This document shows positions 50,601 to 64,000 of a stretch of 64,000 nucleotides of DNA, piece after piece. The stretch spans positions 27,590,001-27,654,000 of the forward strand of contig CAIIXF020000001.1 in the NCBI GenBank assembly GCA_903813345.2, in the 5' to 3' direction. Made by a program: the position numbers and the translations under genes. Source of the stretch: Owenia fusiformis (taxonomy: Eukaryota). Each line of letters opens with the position of its first letter. The first letter of the stretch is position 1. The notes beneath the pieces were generated by a model. The model saw only the letters and a program-made list of their open reading frames with translations, did not search any database and had not been told where the DNA came from.

Positions 50601-53600
50601 CATTTCTTAGTAAAATGTCGTTCTCCGGTACGTTGCCAAAATTATTCGATGGTACCCCGTGAATAGGCAAATATAAGTAATCTTCAAGCAAATAGATAAT
50701 GAACCTTCCCCTCACTTCCAATGTTTTGACTAATGTTGTACAGTTATTGGTGTATGAGCTGTCATGACAACCTCAATGATTATCAATATTTATAATAAAA
50801 ATAAACAAGCATGTAACATATACTATTTCTGACCTTGTACAATATTAGATATATGAGCAGAATGACAAGACTTTCTGTTTCGGTTTACACATGGGCTAGA
50901 TAGAAGCTCTGGCTTTTTGAGCACTGGTCATGCCCTCCTGAGAATTCACTTTTAAGTAGAATAATTAAATATTACTCCAAATAAATTTTGTGTGCTCTTG
51001 TGAAAAATATGAGAAATGTATATTTTGTCAATGAAATTTTGCACATGTCAGTGAAATAGAATTAAATTTTAAAAATATAGGAAGTGACTGGTCAATGGCT
51101 GAGTGATTTGTGCAGTATACTACATACTAGGTTATGTATAATATTGAAAGGTTCACCAGGCTAGATATTATTTTTGGAAAAACTGTCTCTAATTATTTCA
51201 ATGAATAAATTGATTTAAAGTACCATTAACAACATGCCACAATAGATCAGGTAAAATATATATGAACAAATTGGCTTGATCCTGTAACATCAGTTAATAT
51301 AGCAATACAAGACAGTCAAGATGGCTAATAAGGCTTCATATGCAAGGCGTAATAGATTATTTCATCCTGCTGAAGATCCTCTTAATGATCTGCCACTAGG
51401 AATGTCATACTCAAGTGTATTACTGTTTTATTGATTAGAAGTCATGCTGTGGTAATATGTCTGAGTCAGTGTGATAAAATGTATTGACAGCTTTGGAAAA
51501 TACCAAAGTACAATGAACAGTATCCAGAGTGTTTTTTTTAGATTTTGAAAACATGTACACATATCAATATTCAAACATGCTGTTGTGGAAATAGAAATTG
51601 AATTTTATACTGAAAATTCAGGAAATGAAGTACATGTACAAGCTGTACTTTATAGCATTCACATGTTATAATTGTTTGAATGAATGTCTAATTGTGTCAC
51701 ACAAGTCTAGATAGGGCTTGGTATTTGTGATATACAAGGTGACACATAAATAAATATAAAAATGCAGGGAATTTGTCCATTTTTGTAATAAATTCATATG
51801 TGAAAATGGAATGTCAAATTGCCAGTATTTATATGAAAAGGATCATCACGATTAACACTGACATCCTATTTCTTCTCAGCTGTGAGAATCATGTATCTCG
51901 TGAAATAGAAAGATTTGTTGAGTATAATGGAAGATGATAAAACCACTGAATGTAGATTGATTAAATAAAGCATGAACTTACAGGGACTTACCATTGTTGG
52001 ATTTAGGGGCTTACCTTTGAAAAATGTTCTGGTTCCATCAAAAATATCTCAACACTTTGTTCCAAGGTTCTTTATTTTGAGAGGTGAAATGATCGATAGA
52101 ATAAAATCATAAAATAATTGTAAGTTAAACTGCAAATTTTGAGCTGAATTAATTAAAAGTTACCCAGTGAAAACTGTAAAATCTTGTAAGCTGAAACTGA
52201 CATTGTAATCCACAAGCAATTGTAATCCACAAGCAATTGACGTATTTGATACATGAAAAAAGTGGGCTCTCTTTTGTCACTGTTCCACAACTAGTTACTT
52301 TGACGAAACGTCAATGTAACAAAATGGATGAACTTCCTTGATATGAGTTTTTTGTTTTCTCGATTTAAACCTTCTTATATGTCAAGTTGCAGATAATTAT
52401 TTGACACAAAGTTACAATATAATCTAGCTTTAAGAAGTGCTCTCAGTTTGGAATTTAATTTTTGAATAAAGCTGTAATTATGCATTTAAACCATCGCTTT
52501 TGTTACATTGACGTATGTTGTCAAAGTAACATACACGGGTAATATGACAGACTTTCATCAATGTAACAAAAGCGAGGGGCTAAATATATGAATCTCAACA
52601 AAACAAATTCCACATCTAGGAAACCTATTAAAACTAGACTATATTTTCTAGCTTTGTGCCAAATTATAAATGGCAACTTGACTTATAAGTAGGCTTAAAT
52701 CGAGAAAACAAAAAACTCATCCATTTTGTTACATCGACGTTAACTAATTGTGTAACAGTGCTTGTGTAGTATAGAGTATACATGTAATATAAGAATGATT
52801 AGTTAATTGGATGTTGTTCATTTTATGTTCCATAGGTTGGTACATATTTTTATTGCATGTTGTCATTTCATGTATGTTTTCATTTTATGTTCCAGATAGA
52901 GGGGTGGTGTATGCATGTGGAGATAACAAGATGGGTCAGATAGGAATAGGGTCTCAGGCACAATCCATGATCACAACACCAGCACGTGTAAGTTCTCTGT
53001 ATATACACATTATAATGTATTTTTGACACTGAATATGTTTCACATTTGCTTATTTTACAAACATTCTTCATCCTGATAGTCTGTAAAGACATATTGTTGG
53101 GAATTAGAGACAAATGACAATCTCTAATAAATTAGTAATTTAATCTCATAAAACCCAAATGAAATTACAATTCTAATGATTAATGATAAAAATTCTTCAT
53201 TTTATAGTACATGTACGAGGGGTGATCCAAAAGTCTTGGATGCCTCGCTCTAACTTTGCTATTTTCTAATATAATTACATGAAACTTTCAGAGAGTAAAG
53301 ATCAACGTCTTAACAACTTTGTGTATAAGTTTCAATAGAAAATGATATATTTCAGCTGCTTTTCTAAACGTTTTTTAATAATGGGTCCTTGCCACCCGGA
53401 ACGGTATTTAAATATAGCGATTCACGTCACAACTGTTATAATATGGCAAATACTTTAGGTGCAGGTGCACAACCTAACACCAGTCATGGTATGAAAGAAT
53501 TTCCGATTTTCAGTCTGAGTGCCATCTGCCATCATCATCTTCACATATTAAGGCCTACTTTTCAACATATTTTCCGCGAATTTGAACTCTCATACCGCTT

Positions 53601-56241
53601 TACCAATGAATGGAAGTCATTTATGAAACCGCCATTGCTTATGTGATACAAATGCTGCTGGAGTGCCACTCTAAACCTTATACAATTCTTTCAACCCTCC
53701 TTTTTTTTGAGAAAAGGAAGAAAATCACACGGAGCCATATCTAGACTGTATCGTGCATATGGTAGCTGCTCAAGGTCAATAATAGTGAAAATATCTTGTA
53801 CTATTCTTTGTTCCACTTTGATTTCTTTCATGTTCTGCATTTCAGCAGCCATCTTGCAGCAAAAATGATACCAGAATGAGGGTTGCTTGTCTGATGTCAT
53901 TTTCTTAGAATTTGACATATACGGCCATTGTCATATGTGACATTATAACTAAAACACAATTAATTGGTTGAGTAGTAACAAAGGAAGTAAACTAACATGG
54001 TTTAAGATTCAAAATTCAAAAAAAGATAGTGGTCAAGACTTGCGAGACAAGTGAAATGGCGGCAACATTTAAGGCTGAAAGTTGCCATGTGCGAATACCG
54101 TTCTGGGTGGCAGGGTCCCTATATTAAAAACTATCTAGAAAACTACATAAAATATATCATTTCTCCATGAAATTAATACACAAAGTAGTTAGGTTGTTGG
54201 TCTTTATTATTGGAAAGTTTAAAGTAATTTTATCAAAAACAAACAAAATTAGAGCAGGGCGTCCAAGACTTTTGGATCACCCCTCGTATAGATCATTATT
54301 TTACTAAAAACTGCATTTATATAGAAAAACAATGAGGATGTTTTTTATTATTCAAAACAGAAAATTAATAAATTTAAGAATAACAGAGTCATTCCATATA
54401 CTTTGAACTTGAAGAATATTTGTTGCAGATCAAATACAAAGGCCCTCCTATCAGACGCATTGCTTGTGGTGGTGAGTTCTGTATGATATCAGACATAAGA
54501 GGCAATCTTTACTCATTTGGCTGTCCTGAGTATGGTCAACTTGGTAAGTAGAAACTCGGATGATTTTTTTCGCCCGAGTACAAAGTTTGCATTTCACTGA
54601 TTTTGATTAATAAAGTACCCCATACAAATTTTGGCGCATACTTCGATGTGCTGTACTAGGAAATGTTTTTTAGCAAAGCTGAATAAAAGATTTCTAATAC
54701 ACAAATGCAAAGAAAGTATTGTAAATTAATCCATATAGAAATCAATTTAGTGAATGTATCATCTTAACAAAATTAATATATTTGTTTTTAATATTTGGTA
54801 TTGTCTTTCTAGGTCATAACACAGATGGTAAATACTTTGTAACCAGTAACAAGTTGTCTTATGAGTGTGAACTGAGACCAAGGCGAGTACATGTGTTCAT
54901 CGAAAAATCACGGGACGGCCATGTCTCAGGAATGAGTGATGTTGAAATAGTTGATATAGCATGTGGCCAAAATCATACAGTAAGTAGTTATGTAGTTTTT
55001 TTAAAGAGAGATTTGGGGAAATTTTCCCGCTGCAGTTTAAATGCCTTTTCTAAATTTTAGCACCAAATCATAGACTTTGCAACTTTTCACTGTGTAGAAT
55101 TTAAATACACATGTACATGTATGAGTTTGAACATTTCATAGGTACAATTCTATCAATTTTATAATATGAGTATCCTAAAAATATTCTATATTTATTTTTA
55201 CGATTCATTATTGAACTTGAATAATGTTCCAGTTGGCGCTAGACTCTAAGAAACGGGTATTCACTTGGGGATTTGGTGGCTATGGTCGCTTGGGACACAG
55301 TGAGCCTAAAGATGAACATGTTCCACGTCATCTTAAATGGTTTGACACGCCAAGCAAACAGGTAGTGATGATCAACTGTGGAAGCACATTCAGTATAGCT
55401 AAAACTGAAGTTGGTAAGTTCATTCCTGAAGTAAAAGGTCATGACAAAAACGTGTCCATGCCAGTTGTAAAATCATTTATGTTTTGGCTATTAACACACA
55501 ACTTTGTTTGATTTAGTTACTTGTAGATATTCTCTTATATTATGATTATATCGATGTGATGTTATTTGTCATCACGAGAAGTGCCGACATAGTATAGTTA
55601 TATGGTCTCCAACTTTTGTGTGGACAGTGTTCGGTGGTTGACAGTCAATATCCGTTACAAATGGCAGGTGGTGATATTTTGCATGTTCATGCCATGTCTG
55701 TATTCGCATCTATATTTGTAGAATATACATATTTATGGGGCCAAACAAAAGCCACGGGTGAGGCAGCAATGTATCCTAAGGCCATCTCTGACCTGAACGG
55801 CTGGAAAGTGCGAAGTGTTGGCTGTAGCAACAAGAGCATCGTGGTCGCTGCTGATGAGAGTCTCATCAGCTGGGGTCCAAGTCCAACATATGGCGAACTA
55901 GTTAGTAGAAATATTTGTAATGTATCTCAGGTGTAAAAGTGCAATGTAAAAGTGAAGTTGACACATTTTTTGCTTTATAAAAACTAAAACCTTGAAAAAT
56001 TTTGAATCTAATTGATAACTGATTTAATTGAAAACACAATTAAATGTGATGTTTCTATTGTTTGTAGTGCTACGGGGAGAATAAGCCTAAATCCTCAACC
56101 CAGGCCCAGGAGGTTAAGAGTATAAACACGACATATATCCTACAAGTTGCCTGCGGCTATGGTCATACACTCCTCTTAGCCAGAGCTGATTCAGAAGAGG
56201 ACACAAAGTGCTTAGAGAAAATCCCAATATTCACCCCATAA
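44698..56241 (+). CDS. RCC2: Protein RCC2 (TD-60) homolog, 10 exons
   Basis: Exons 44698-44871, 47760-47850 (GASNWDMVGR), 48195-48335 (NLWAPHR), 48659-48790 (GRNDKGQLGHGDTKR), 52896-52987, 54429-54543 (SFGCPEYGQLG), 54813-54979 (CELRPRRVHVFIEK), 55233-55413 (WGFGGYGRLGH), 55722-55900 (MYPKA..SWGPSPTYGEL) and 56068-56241 (KPKSSTQAQEVK...TP*). All GT-AG and in phase; basic NLS-like and acidic N-terminus. Confidence 0.96.
46437..47057. mobile_element. Tc1/mariner-type MITE (copy 2) in RCC2 intron 1
   Basis: Same CCTAGGCAGACATATACC arms and TA flanks as 6053-6668. Confidence 0.8.
49663..50661. mobile_element. 1-kb near-perfect foldback Transib-type MITE in RCC2 intron 4
   Basis: CACGGGGTACC...GGTACCCCGTG, 5-bp TSD AATAG, ~490-bp arms with a short spacer. 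Confidence 0.9.
52278..52760. mobile_element. Transib-type MITE; partial related copy at ~43560-43890
   Basis: CACTGTT...AACAGTG termini; flanks TTTGT and CTTGT; the internal CGCTTTTGTTACATTGACG palindromic core is shared with 43625-43710. Confidence 0.7.
53216..54286 (-). mobile_element. Degenerate mariner relic in RCC2 intron 5
   Basis: TA|CGAGGGGTGATCCAAAAGTCTTGGA...TCCAAGACTTTTGGATCACCCCTCG|TA; remnant YSLDMAPCDF motif in ORF 53691-53918. Confidence 0.85.
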
Positions 56242-59200
56242 CTCTTGAATCATGTAGTTGTGTGTAGCAATATGCTAGTATGGCCAAATACAGTTGAAGG
56301 AAACTTTGTCATGTCTTGATTCATCTATCATCTAAGAATGTTCCGAATCTTTAAAATAAAGCGGTTGAGAGAATCTATAACCTTGAGTCATCTTACAGTA
56401 TAAAAGATCCTACTATTTTGTAATCAGTTTCAGAATTGACAAAACTCAAAATATTTGGGAAGAAAATATCTAGAAGGCCAAAGGGGCTTGATAAGTACGC
56501 AATTAAACTTTCATATGGTTCTTAAATCTTAGTGAATTCTTTAAAGTGTAATATTTTCAAATATGCATGTAAGTCTTGCCGACGTACTGTGAAATATATA
56601 CCTCATAAGTGTTTAATGGGGTGCTGGTTTTAAGTAATAATGGCTTATTTTGTACCTGATGTTTTGTACATATAAAAGAGATATCATAGATGTACCACAT
56701 ACTTCAAATATAAGCGAGATATGATATAGGTAGTGTATATGGAAGTGTGATACGCAATAATGTACTGTACATTGGAGTATGATATCATAAAATACTGTAT
56801 CATAAAATACTGTACATTGAAGTGTTATGTCATAGGAGCATTGTACATTAAAGTGTGATGGCATAGGAGTACTGTACATGAAAGTGTAATGTCTATTTAG
56901 TGAAACAGTTATCTCGAAGTAGGGAGTCATTAATTCAAAGATAATCACCAGTTTGTTTGAAATCATGTGTACTATTTGAAGCAATTTAGGTAACAAAGTT
57001 GACAGTACATTATGTCGAGAGTACATATTAAAATACACCTGAAATATTGACAGTAGAATAGTAGATATAACATAATGTCGTTGAAACTATGAGTACATAC
57101 TCTTTCTCATGACAATAATATTGTGAAATTCACTGTTCCTTTACTGCTTTTTGGTCTGTAAAGAACATGTCACAATCAAAAGTATCGAGATCATATTGAA
57201 TTTTATAAATAAATCCAACATGAATTGAATTGAATCTCATTTTGTCAACCAAAATGCCAAAAAATCTGAAGATCTTTAAAAAATTAATATCTTTAATGAA
57301 TTGGAATTTGTTTTTTTTTGTTGGATTAGGGTGCATATTTTACACACATCAAGAAGTTGTTGCTTGTTGCAATAAGTTTAGAAACAGTTGCAATTGGATT
57401 TACAGGAAAGGTTATGGCAATTACTTAAGAAACAATTGCAATTTAAATGGACAATCTCTTACCATAGTATCTTTTATCATGGTACATGTAGTATAGAGTA
57501 GGATACACATATATATATCTTCTATATTTCTCAGTGATTGGATATACCAAAAATCTACCTTACAGATATACCTTGGGATATTATAAGATTATTATATATA
57601 GCATCATTTCATTTAATATTTTCCAATCCATGTTTAAATCTGTTGATCGAGAAAAATATTGGTAGAAAATCACCGATTTTAGAAACATATTGATTGCATA
57701 AACGTGCGATCCCAAATAAATGACGTTGACGTTTCAAGCTAATAACATCATGCAATATCTCAAGGAGTATCTGTATTGTGAACCATGTACATAATACACT
57801 AATAGATTTCTCAAATTCATTTAAACATTAATGTTGTATTATCGGGTGGTAAGTGTGTAGATAGATGTATAAATACTTGGTAGATGATGATCAAAAGACA
57901 AATCAGTCAATATTTTTCCATTTTATCATTCCACATCAATTTAAGACACATTCAATACTGACTTAATTGTGGAGTTGCTTTTTCCTACAAACAATTCAAG
58001 CAAGTTTACCATTAACTCTGTATTGTTTTTATGCACACATTATTTTTAAAGTTCAGTGTTGTTAACATATTCATATTGTGTTGTAATGTATTCCGGGTGA
58101 ATTGTGTTTGCAATTTATTACAAAGTATATTTTTATAGCTAAGACTTTGTTGTTGCCATGAAATCTGCCATAGTGTAGCTACTTTATAGCTGACAAAAAT
58201 AATTCTTCAATATTGCCATAGGTCAAAAATAGATCATTTTAATGTCCTTAAACCATACTATTTCATATAAAATCATAGTAACTTAACTTGGATTCATAAT
58301 GTTGCTTTTCATTCATTTTTAATTTATTCAGCGTCATCTGTGGTTTTATATACATAGTCCTACATGTTTGTAAATCAAAATAGTTCACATGATGTGATGT
58401 GTCACAGCAAGCAGTTTAATGATTATTCATACCTAACGATGGCATAGACAATAAATCCAGTCAGTTTTGCCCTGTTGTGTAAAAGTAGATTGACTCCATA
58501 GACTGATATCAATGATGCTATTCAATTTAAAAATTTTAGTTGTTATGCTCATCCCAGTCACAACCAATATTTGGCACAATTTACCATATTTGTCTATCCT
58601 ATCTTTTGTGCAATTAACAGGCTCGCTCTTGAGCTACCTCAAGAGTACTTTGCAAATGCTTATTACAGGTTGGGACATTGTAGATTTTAACATAGTCTGT
58701 TTTCGAACTGCAACGCTATAGTTCTGTGTTCTGTACAGTCAAGTGTTTTATGAAAGTTACTGTACCTCAGATTATATGTTCAAAAGAGGCAATAGTTTGT
58801 TTGTGTAACTGCATCATTCTAATTAAAACCATTTTGCAATACAAAATGTTTAGCTCTAAATGAGGATGCATCAGCCATTTTCTGCCATATTCTTTGTTAT
58901 TTCATATTTCAATATTTTGTATATAAAAAGTAGTTAAGATGTACATTTTGAATGTATCCAATCTTGTAGTTAATCTTTACTATAAAACCTGTATTTTCTA
59001 GATCTCAATAAAGTTATGATATTTAACAAAACCAAATTCAATTTTATGTTTTCTGGTTTGTAAATCAACATTGATTGAAAGTTGCAGCTATATACCAGAT
59101 GGGTTAATAAATTGGTCACTTTTCTTTGAAATTATCCCTATCCCATACCTTTTGCATTATTCATACTACTGCTCATATTGACACATTAGGATTGTATCAT

Positions 59201-60074
59201 TTATTATCGTATCATCTATAAAATGAAGCCCTCTGATTGGTCAGTTCTTGTGCTATACCGATCTGTATTACTATATTTTTTTCAAAAAGGTGTTCGGTTC
59301 ATCGCATTCACATTCGATATGCATAATTCCACCAGTATTTAAGTTAAAGTAAAAATATCTGATTTTATAAAAAATATTTGTCCTTGGACCAAACCTGTCA
59401 AATGGTTTTTAATAACAACCTAAATGGATGGACTCTATTGCTATTCTTTTTTTAGTGGAATAAATAAACAACAGTAACATATTGAAAGTTGTTTTTTTTA
59501 ACTTATTTTGAGTAAAATACTTTTCAAGCTAATAATTTGGCATTTGCCAAAAGAATCTCCTAAAAATAAAACATTTCATGATCTAGCCATCAACAAATAC
59601 TATAGTATATAATCTTTATATATAAAAACTGTATTTTCTAGATCTCAATTAATATTATCATGTACTTAACAAAACCTGATTTTACTTTTAACTTGATACA
59701 ATATACATCAGTACTAGCTATAGTACTACAATTATGTACACATTGATTTTAACAGACCCCCATTCCTATTGGGATGAATCTGTTTTCCAATTAACAATAG
59801 TTTAACCAAATCATGTTCATGTTCATAAAGCACTGATTAGAGCATCAACACCTAAAGGTACAACACAAGGTAGCAAGTGAAACTTTATAATATGAATTCC
59901 AATTAACATGACGGCAAGTATAATGTAGTCCATGCTGTGTAGGTCTGTTTCAAAGAGTCTAGAATTGTCTCTGCAGCAACATGTCTCACATCTCATGTTA
60001 AATTTATGTTCTCCTTTTTCTGAGGAATGAGTCTAGAATTGTCTAACATATAAAGTCCAACACAGGTTCAGGTC

Positions 60075-63000
60075 TCAGCTGGATGATTTTCCCCAAAATT
60101 TTCCACTCCCACGTAATCTGGAACATAAATGTTATTTTTGAGAAGCAAAATGTATTTGTATAGGGGCAATAAAGGAGAGGGAGTTGTTTGTCGAATGAAA
60201 TAGAATAGTCAATAAAATATTTAAAAGTGTATTGATGTTTTTTGGATGAAAAACATAAGCGAAATGCATAATAAAACTCCCCCGATTCATTCAACAAACA
60301 ACTCCCCCTCCTTTGTGTTTTTCTAAATTCAGCTCTCATCCTGGACATGTGCAGTCTGGTCCATAATTTTCAGTAAACTTTCAGTTATGAACATACTGAC
60401 TTTCAGTATGTACTGACATTTAAGGAGGGAGAAACATCAAATTATTGAAAGGTAAATATCCAAATTGTGTTCAACATGTTCAAATAATACCTTCCATGGC
60501 TATGTTATATCAATGACGTCACACGTCTGTGTGCGCGTGAAATTTGGAAGAAATGGAACATGACGCCATAGGATTGCCATGGTAAAAAGTTTGGCGGCTA
60601 TACAGGAATATATAGCCGTCGCCCTTGGTCAATAGGATAATTTCCTTGGACAATATCATATTTTCCCTCAAAATAAAATTCATATTCCACCCCTCCCATT
60701 AAATAACCTCAATTGCAGTAATCAATATTGTAGCACATACCCTTTTGTTTTTGAAGCTTTTTTCATTGGTTTGTCTAGTTGTGCAATAACCTCTCTACTG
60801 TCAGCTTCGTCCATATCTGTCTGTTGTGTGGCCTTTAATGTCTTCTTAATGTTGGCAACCTGAAGATGTTAAGGTTTTATAATTTAACAGTCCCTGATTT
60901 TGTTTTGAAACAAGGTTAGCAATCGATATTGAAGTGCCGAAATACTGGTGGATATTTTTACTTTTCACTGATTCCCACATACTCTTGTACTTGCTTCAAA
61001 AGGTATGATGAAATACTGAGGATATCATTTTTTAACAACCAAGATTCAAAATGTCAATGCATCCAGCTACACACTAAGAATAAATTTGGTCACAATAAGC
61101 TGCACTCTGAAAGACTTAAAACGAAATATCTGCATGTATATACGTGAACTCCAAATATGTCTAAATTAATAGCCACCATTATAAATATCATAAATTATGT
61201 GTATTTATTATTTTTATATCAATTTAAATTTTGATGAAGAGGATGTTATCTCTATTTCATTACCTCTATCTCGACCTTTTGTTTTTGTTGGATTGACTTC
61301 TCTCTGTTTGTGTTTGCTCTGTTGACTTGAGTCTCTATGCCTTGTAAAACAGCCTCACAGCCTGAACACCTAAATGTATGAAAAATTAATATTTAAGGAT
61401 GTTCCCTGGACGAAGTTGAAAACGATGAACACCAACCCCTAATTTTTCTTTTAAAAATGTGAAGTACATAGCATAACTAAGTGTTTCTGTGAGTTTAAGA
61501 AAAAGTTAAATATTCAAAAGTGTGTTTTGGGGTGAAAACCTGATTTTTAACATGGGTTTCAATGAGAAAGTGCCACGCCCACTTTTGTCAAATATTGACA
61601 CTTTAGAGGCCTCTTGCTCAGAAAAAAGCACACTAACATATGGTTTTTAAAGTTTTAATATTCTTTGTTGCCCGTGAGAATCCCAGAAAACCATTTTTGA
61701 GAAAAAGTTAAATACTATTGAATATTTTCCTATCTGACCAGGGAACATCCTTAATATCATAAGAACAGCATCACATGTGAGAGAAGAGTTCATTCAAAAA
61801 AAATTTCAGATAGTTCTTACTCAGCAAATTACTTGACTAATGTTACTTGGGTTAAGGACCAGACATTTAATTTCATATCCAAAATAAATTGTTATCACTT
61901 TGTAAATGAGGGGAATTAGTATAAGATTCATTATGAAATCTGCAGGTAATGGATATTGGATGTAGCTTAACAGACTAAAGATTTCCAATATCAATATTAT
62001 TTTGATTTTAATGTTGATGATTATTAGAAAAGTTGGGTGAAATTAACAGGAAATATGTATTTGGTCTTTACCTGTATGTTCAAGATTACAATGTCAAATG
62101 CAAATAAGGCATTAACATGCAAAATGTCACCACCTGCCACCACAGATCAACAACTGTCAATCACTGAACACCAAAAACCAACTGAAGAATGCCATAACAA
62201 AAAATGGAGACTAAACAATATGTCATTGCTTTCTGGTAGGGACATAATAAAAAATGATCAAAACATACCACTCTGAGAGCACGGTGACAATGTCATTGAC
62301 CTGCTCTGCTCTGACATCCCTTCCAATAGCATAATCCACTTCTAGGCGCTGGTTTTTCTGATCTAATTTTCCTCTGACAATATCTGAATACACCACTTCT
62401 ATTATTAAGTCTTCAAGTTCTCTGACATTTGACATCTCCAATTCTTGCTGTAGAATTGCATACGGTATACACTGCAAAGTAAGTTAAAGTCTCAGTTACA
62501 TTTGCTCTGGTGGATGTAGCTTCACAAATTCAATACAAAAAATCATAGTAGTGCTTATTCCTATATTTTATGCTCCATATTTCTCTCAATTTGGGCAAGC
62601 TGCAGCCACCGTACAGTTACCATAGATCATTAGATGACTGGAGATTTTCCTTCCAGGGATATCATTCATTTCGCATTTTATCAGAAATTTTAATAAAACC
62701 TCTTCACATTAATCATAATACATAAAACGAATATATAAAAATGGCATACAGAGAGGCTAATTTCAGTCAAAAATATAAAAGTCTCCACAAAAAATTTGAA
62801 GTTCTCAGGTTCCTAAAATAATGTATAAATCCTCTGATTGACTCTCACAATAAGGCTAAGCCATCCAGGACAAATATTTTTCATACTGTTGAATGTTGCT
62901 ACATGGAACATGTATGTTTTATTTTTTACATATAACATATAAATTATCATTATTATTTATGTATAACATCAAATTATCAAGTAGCCATAGTATATCTTAT

Positions 63001-63108
63001 ATTTTGTTGAAATGCTTACCTTCTTTTGTGTGGCCAATGACACTATTGTCAATTGTCTTAATTTCTTTAGCATTTTCGGAGTGAGATCAGGAAGGTTGGC
63101 TTTGTTAC
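60075..63108 (-). CDS. COPS7: COP9 signalosome subunit 7 (PCI domain), 3' five exons; 5' part beyond the window
   Basis: Exons 63108-63020 ([13 protein letters not shown]), 62471-62269 ([37 protein letters not shown]), 61369-61264, 60859-60741 (VANIKKTLK) and 60117-60075 ([14 protein letters not shown]); phases are consistent. Confidence 0.95.
61397..61750. mobile_element. Kolobok-like MITE in a COPS7 intron
   Basis: TTAA|GGATGTTCCCTGG...CCAGGGAACATCC|TTAA. Confidence 0.75.
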
Positions 63109-64000
63109 CTAAAATATCATACACACACAGACATGTCACCTCTAAAGCAAAGCTATATACTGTACATATACCTTATAATAAATTATATGTCAGCTTTTGC
63201 CAAGGGGGTTCAGTTTTTAAAGAATTCTAGGGGGTTAAAATTAGAAAAATTGGGCTCAAAACCATTTGTAAAGTGCTCAAAATGGTGAAAACTGCATGAT
63301 TTTGAAAGAATATTTGGTCGAATCCCCCTGGCTACGGGCATGTATGTACATCTTTGACCCCAATATTAACGATATATTGTATCAATCGAACAGACAAGAT
63401 AAATGAGTATGACAGACAGCTAATATGATAAATTGCATATTGCTGGATATGTTACCAAGGTAATGAAAATATACCATATTCTCTCTAATGAGCGCACAGT
63501 GCAATTTCCAAATTGAAATTTAGAAAGGTAAGATATTGAGATTCCAATTAGCACACATACAAAAGTTAGAAAAAAGTTAGCCTTCAACTTCATATTTTTG
63601 AGACCATATTCAATCTAAAAGTTGCATATACATTCAATGGAACTGTGTGCTCATTAGAGAAATTACGGTAAATTGCCTTTGTTTTTGGCTAGATTTTTTT
63701 TTAAAAGTTCTGTATTTCTCAAAAGAAAGTTTGTACTCACATCAATAGTCATTGTACAAGTTTTTATAGTTAATACATATATATTTATATAGTTAGTGAA
63801 CTTTTATAGTAATAATATTCACTTTTATAGAAGTTGTACTTATTTTAGTCATTATATTTCCTTTAGTCATTGCACTTAAATCTTTATTCATTAAACTCAA
63901 TTTTTAAAGTCATTGTACTTACTTTTATAGTCATTGTACACTCCATAGGCAAATATGTTAAGGAGGTTCACAATGTTTTGGTTGGGGCCTTCAGACAACT

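Noticed and set aside
49649-50666. Mirror ORFs MIRTGFQQNS on both strands
   Set aside because: Artefact of the foldback MITE palindrome.
52278-52310. RSS-like heptamer/nonamer (ProtoRAG) end
   Set aside because: CACTGTT resembles the heptamer, but no ACAAAAACC-like nonamer is present at 12- or 23-bp spacing and there is no RAG-like ORF in the window.
56613-57496. ORFs downstream of RCC2
   Set aside because: Low-complexity, AT-rich probable 3' UTR with no motifs or splice support.

Overview
AT-rich metazoan (probably marine invertebrate) genomic DNA with spliceosomal genes. Host genes: the 3' exons of an ABCA1-like ABC transporter (+, 13575-27181), an intronless FMRFamide-receptor-like GPCR on the opposite strand upstream of those exons and probably inside a long ABCA intron (-, 8495-9871), a complete 10-exon RCC2 (+, 44698-56241), and the 3' exons of COPS7 (-, 60075-63108). 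The most notable object is a complete miniature Polinton/Maverick-type element (36425-42746; AGTAGT termini, ~245-bp TIRs, 6-bp TSD ATCGCG). It is about 4.4 kb once a nested mariner is removed, and encodes only a chromodomain retroviral-like integrase and an intron-containing C2H2-ZnF/packaging-ATPase fusion, with no pPolB, capsid or protease. It sits in an apparent four-level stack of nested transposons (30644-43970) and carries an apparently intact, intron-containing DD34D mariner inside its right TIR. The last ABCA intron holds a 5.65-kb Academ relic whose two arms are both copies of the element's 3' end. There are also many MITEs (Transib-, Tc1/mariner-, Kolobok-, Harbinger- and Helentron-type), a tRNA-derived SINE and minisatellites. 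All family assignments come from motif recognition by eye, not from database searches.
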